35,918 nucleotides of DNA, from contig CAKZLX010000594.1 in NCBI GenBank assembly GCA_937127265.1, forward strand, positions 1 to 35,918, read 5' to 3'. Source of the stretch: an uncultured Pseudomonadota bacterium (lineage in GTDB: Bacteria > Myxococcota_A > UBA796). A program made the translations under genes and the position numbers. The notes beneath the pieces were generated by a model that saw only the letters and a program-made list of their open reading frames with translations, was not told where the DNA came from and did no database searches. Every line of letters starts with the position of its first letter. Positions within the stretch are counted from its first letter, which is position 1. This document shows, in pieces, positions 34,593 to 35,918 of the stretch.

Positions 34593-35366
34593 CTATCTTG
34601 GATGGGAATCCAAATAGTCTTCAAACTGGCGAAGAATCCCACCCAAAACGTCGCTGGCTACCATGAACGCGCCTTCTTCAGGCAACGGTATGTCACCCAG
34701 CGCAATGTCACCCCAAATGTGCTCTATCTGCTTGGCTCGCAGACCATCCTCGTCTTCCCAAGGGATAGTGATGGCAAAAGAATACCCGTGGTTCAGATGT
34801 ATCCAATCGACGCTCACTTCGGGTGTATCAGTCAACCACCGCTGTTGGACGAACACTGGACCCATCTCCGATTCCACCCAACGGATGTGGGTATGAAAGT
34901 AAATGGTGGCATCGATACCCAACGGCAAGAAGCGTTGCAAGGTGGCTTCATACTCTAGTTCCGAACAATCTCCCTCAACAAAACATTCCGGTTCACCAAT
35001 ATAAGTGCGTTCATTGATGGCATCGGGATTGGTGAATACATCACTGGGGTGAACCATAAAATTGGTATGCGCCAAATCTTCGACCGTATAAGGAAAGTCC
35101 CGTGAGCGAACAATCCCCAGCAATTCAGGTTGCGTAGTCAGTCCCGGCTCCAAGGTATCAATCGCCTCAGCGGTCAGGGTTTGCATTCGTTGTCCACGAT
35201 CCAACTTTTTGGCTACATCCTCATCGAGCAAGGTCAGCATTTGGGCGACACCATCCTCTAAATAAGCAGGATCATCATGAAAGTGCTCGACCATATAAGC
35301 GAGCAAAGCATCATAATCTTCCGGTGCTTCTGCACGACATCCAAACAATCCCAATAGCAACAGCAC
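34593..35366 (-). CDS. Probable lipoprotein of unknown function
   Basis: GTG 35366 has GGAG 6 nt upstream and an in-frame TGA further upstream. MLLLLGLFGC has a lipobox but a very short n-region. The mature protein is acidic and belongs to no family I recognise. Confidence 0.55.
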   Translation of the reverse strand: MLLLLGLFGCRAEAPEDYDALLAYMVEHFHDDPAYLEDGVAQMLTLLDEDVAKKLDRGQRMQTLTAEAIDTLEPGLTTQPELLGIVRSRDFPYTVEDLAHTNFMVHPSDVFTNPDAINERTYIGEPECFVEGDCSELEYEATLQRFLPLGIDATIYFHTHIRWVESEMGPVFVQQRWLTDTPEVSVDWIHLNHGYSFAITIPWEDEDGLRAKQIEHIWGDIALGDIPLPEEGAFMVASDVLGGILRQFEDYLDSHPR

Positions 35367-35515
35367 CTTCTTCTCCGATTCGTATACCTGTGATCAAGAC
35401 AATGTACATAGTATATCTTACAATCAAATCAATCGACAGTATTTTATCAGTATCCCTCTCTGCAAGGACCTTGCCAACGATACCTCAAACCCAGTCCCTT
35501 TCATCAAAATGAAGA

Positions 35516-35918
35516 ATGGAGACTACGAATACATTGGTTCTTATTTCAGCACTCTTTGCTTGTGGTGATAAAAAGACTATCGACACCGCTGACAGCAACA
35601 CAGATACCGTACCAAATATGCCAAACAACCGTAATGTCAAAGTGGAGAGTGGATGGCGAATTCACAACCTGTCAACAGGATATCAAAGTGAGGCGTACCA
35701 ACAAATCCAACACCATCATCAACCAACCTACAAAAACAGACTAGCACCTAAACCACCGAAACAGTCTACACCAACGAGACAACACCTCCGAAGGAAAAGC
35801 CAACTGCTAAATCAACCAGCCCACAAAAACAAACCAGCAACCAAATCACCCCAAAAGCCCCCAACACACCATATAGCACACCGTATATACAAAAGGTACG
35901 TAGTTTCAAAGTGGAGAG
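35516..35918 (+). CDS. Probable lipoprotein (partial; continues past right edge) with Pro/Lys/Gln/Thr/His-rich low-complexity region
   Basis: Not in the ORF track because there is no stop in the window. ATG 35516 gives METTNTLVLISALFACGDKK, a signal with lipobox. The frame stays open to 35918. However, the last ~200 nt are A/C-rich, so openness there is weak evidence for coding. Confidence 0.4.
   Translation, partial: METTNTLVLISALFACGDKKTIDTADSNTDTVPNMPNNRNVKVESGWRIHNLSTGYQSEAYQQIQHHHQPTYKNRLAPKPPKQSTPTRQHLRRKSQLLNQPAHKNKPATKSPQKPPTHHIAHRIYKRYVVSKWR

Noticed and set aside
35637-35918. The 13-nt direct repeat TCAAAGTGGAGAG at 35637-35649 and 35906-35918 (window edge), as a possible start of a ~269-nt tandem repeat.
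   Set aside because: The offset is not a multiple of 3, so the two copies fall in different frames of the candidate ORF. The match cannot be extended past the window. A single 13-mer match within 300 nt is not clearly beyond chance across a 36-kb window.
1-35918. Mobile elements, defence systems (RM, TA, CRISPR-Cas, retrons, abortive infection) and RNA genes.
   Set aside because: No transposase, integrase, recombinase, reverse transcriptase, nuclease or ATPase signatures appear in any sizeable ORF. There are no terminal inverted repeats, and no tRNA-like or rRNA-like sequence in the short intergenic regions. The only methyltransferase has a THUMP domain, so it is RNA-type, with no partner nuclease.

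Overview
Gene-dense 35.9-kb chromosomal window. I saw no tRNA, rRNA, CRISPR array, transposase, integrase or recognisable defence gene. Left to right: (1) a 5' partial secreted metallophosphoesterase and a divergent PmbA/TldD-like gene. (2) A tightly coupled minus-strand cbb3 cytochrome oxidase operon: fused ccoNO, an ORF-track-missing ccoQ, a monohaem ccoP, ccoG, a DsbD_2/TauE-like membrane protein with a C-terminal His4 tail, ccoI and ccoS. No ccoH/FixH is seen. (3) Three secreted lipoproteins carrying choice-of-anchor-D-like, PPC-like and unknown domains. (4) A fatty-acid hydroxylase plus a flippase-like LPG-synthase-TM protein. (5) Two tandem paralogous LRR-like lipoproteins. (6) A THUMP/SAM methyltransferase and a KirBac-type K+ channel. 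(7) The dominant feature, one 10,992-nt ORF encoding a 3,663-aa hyper-acidic lipoprotein. By my count it has about 71 tandem 46-aa Cys-pair/Asp-rich (MopE-like / thrombospondin-type-3-like) units, followed by a lamin-tail domain and a C-terminal planctomycete-type cytochrome c (CxxCH) domain. An ATGA-overlapping secreted protein and a LigB-type extradiol dioxygenase follow it. (8) A double zinc-ribbon protein, a polytopic GT-C-like membrane protein and two more lipoproteins, the last running off the right edge into an A/C-rich tract. The domain repertoire suggests a Myxococcota/Bdellovibrionota-like (former delta-proteobacterial) Gram-negative; this is inference only. The best candidate for something undescribed is the giant gene with its two downstream genes, but its function cannot be read from sequence. 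The ORF track renders non-ATG starts as M: 18816 and 11699 are TTG; 32978, 34571 and 35366 are GTG. I re-called several starts using Shine-Dalgarno (SD) context.
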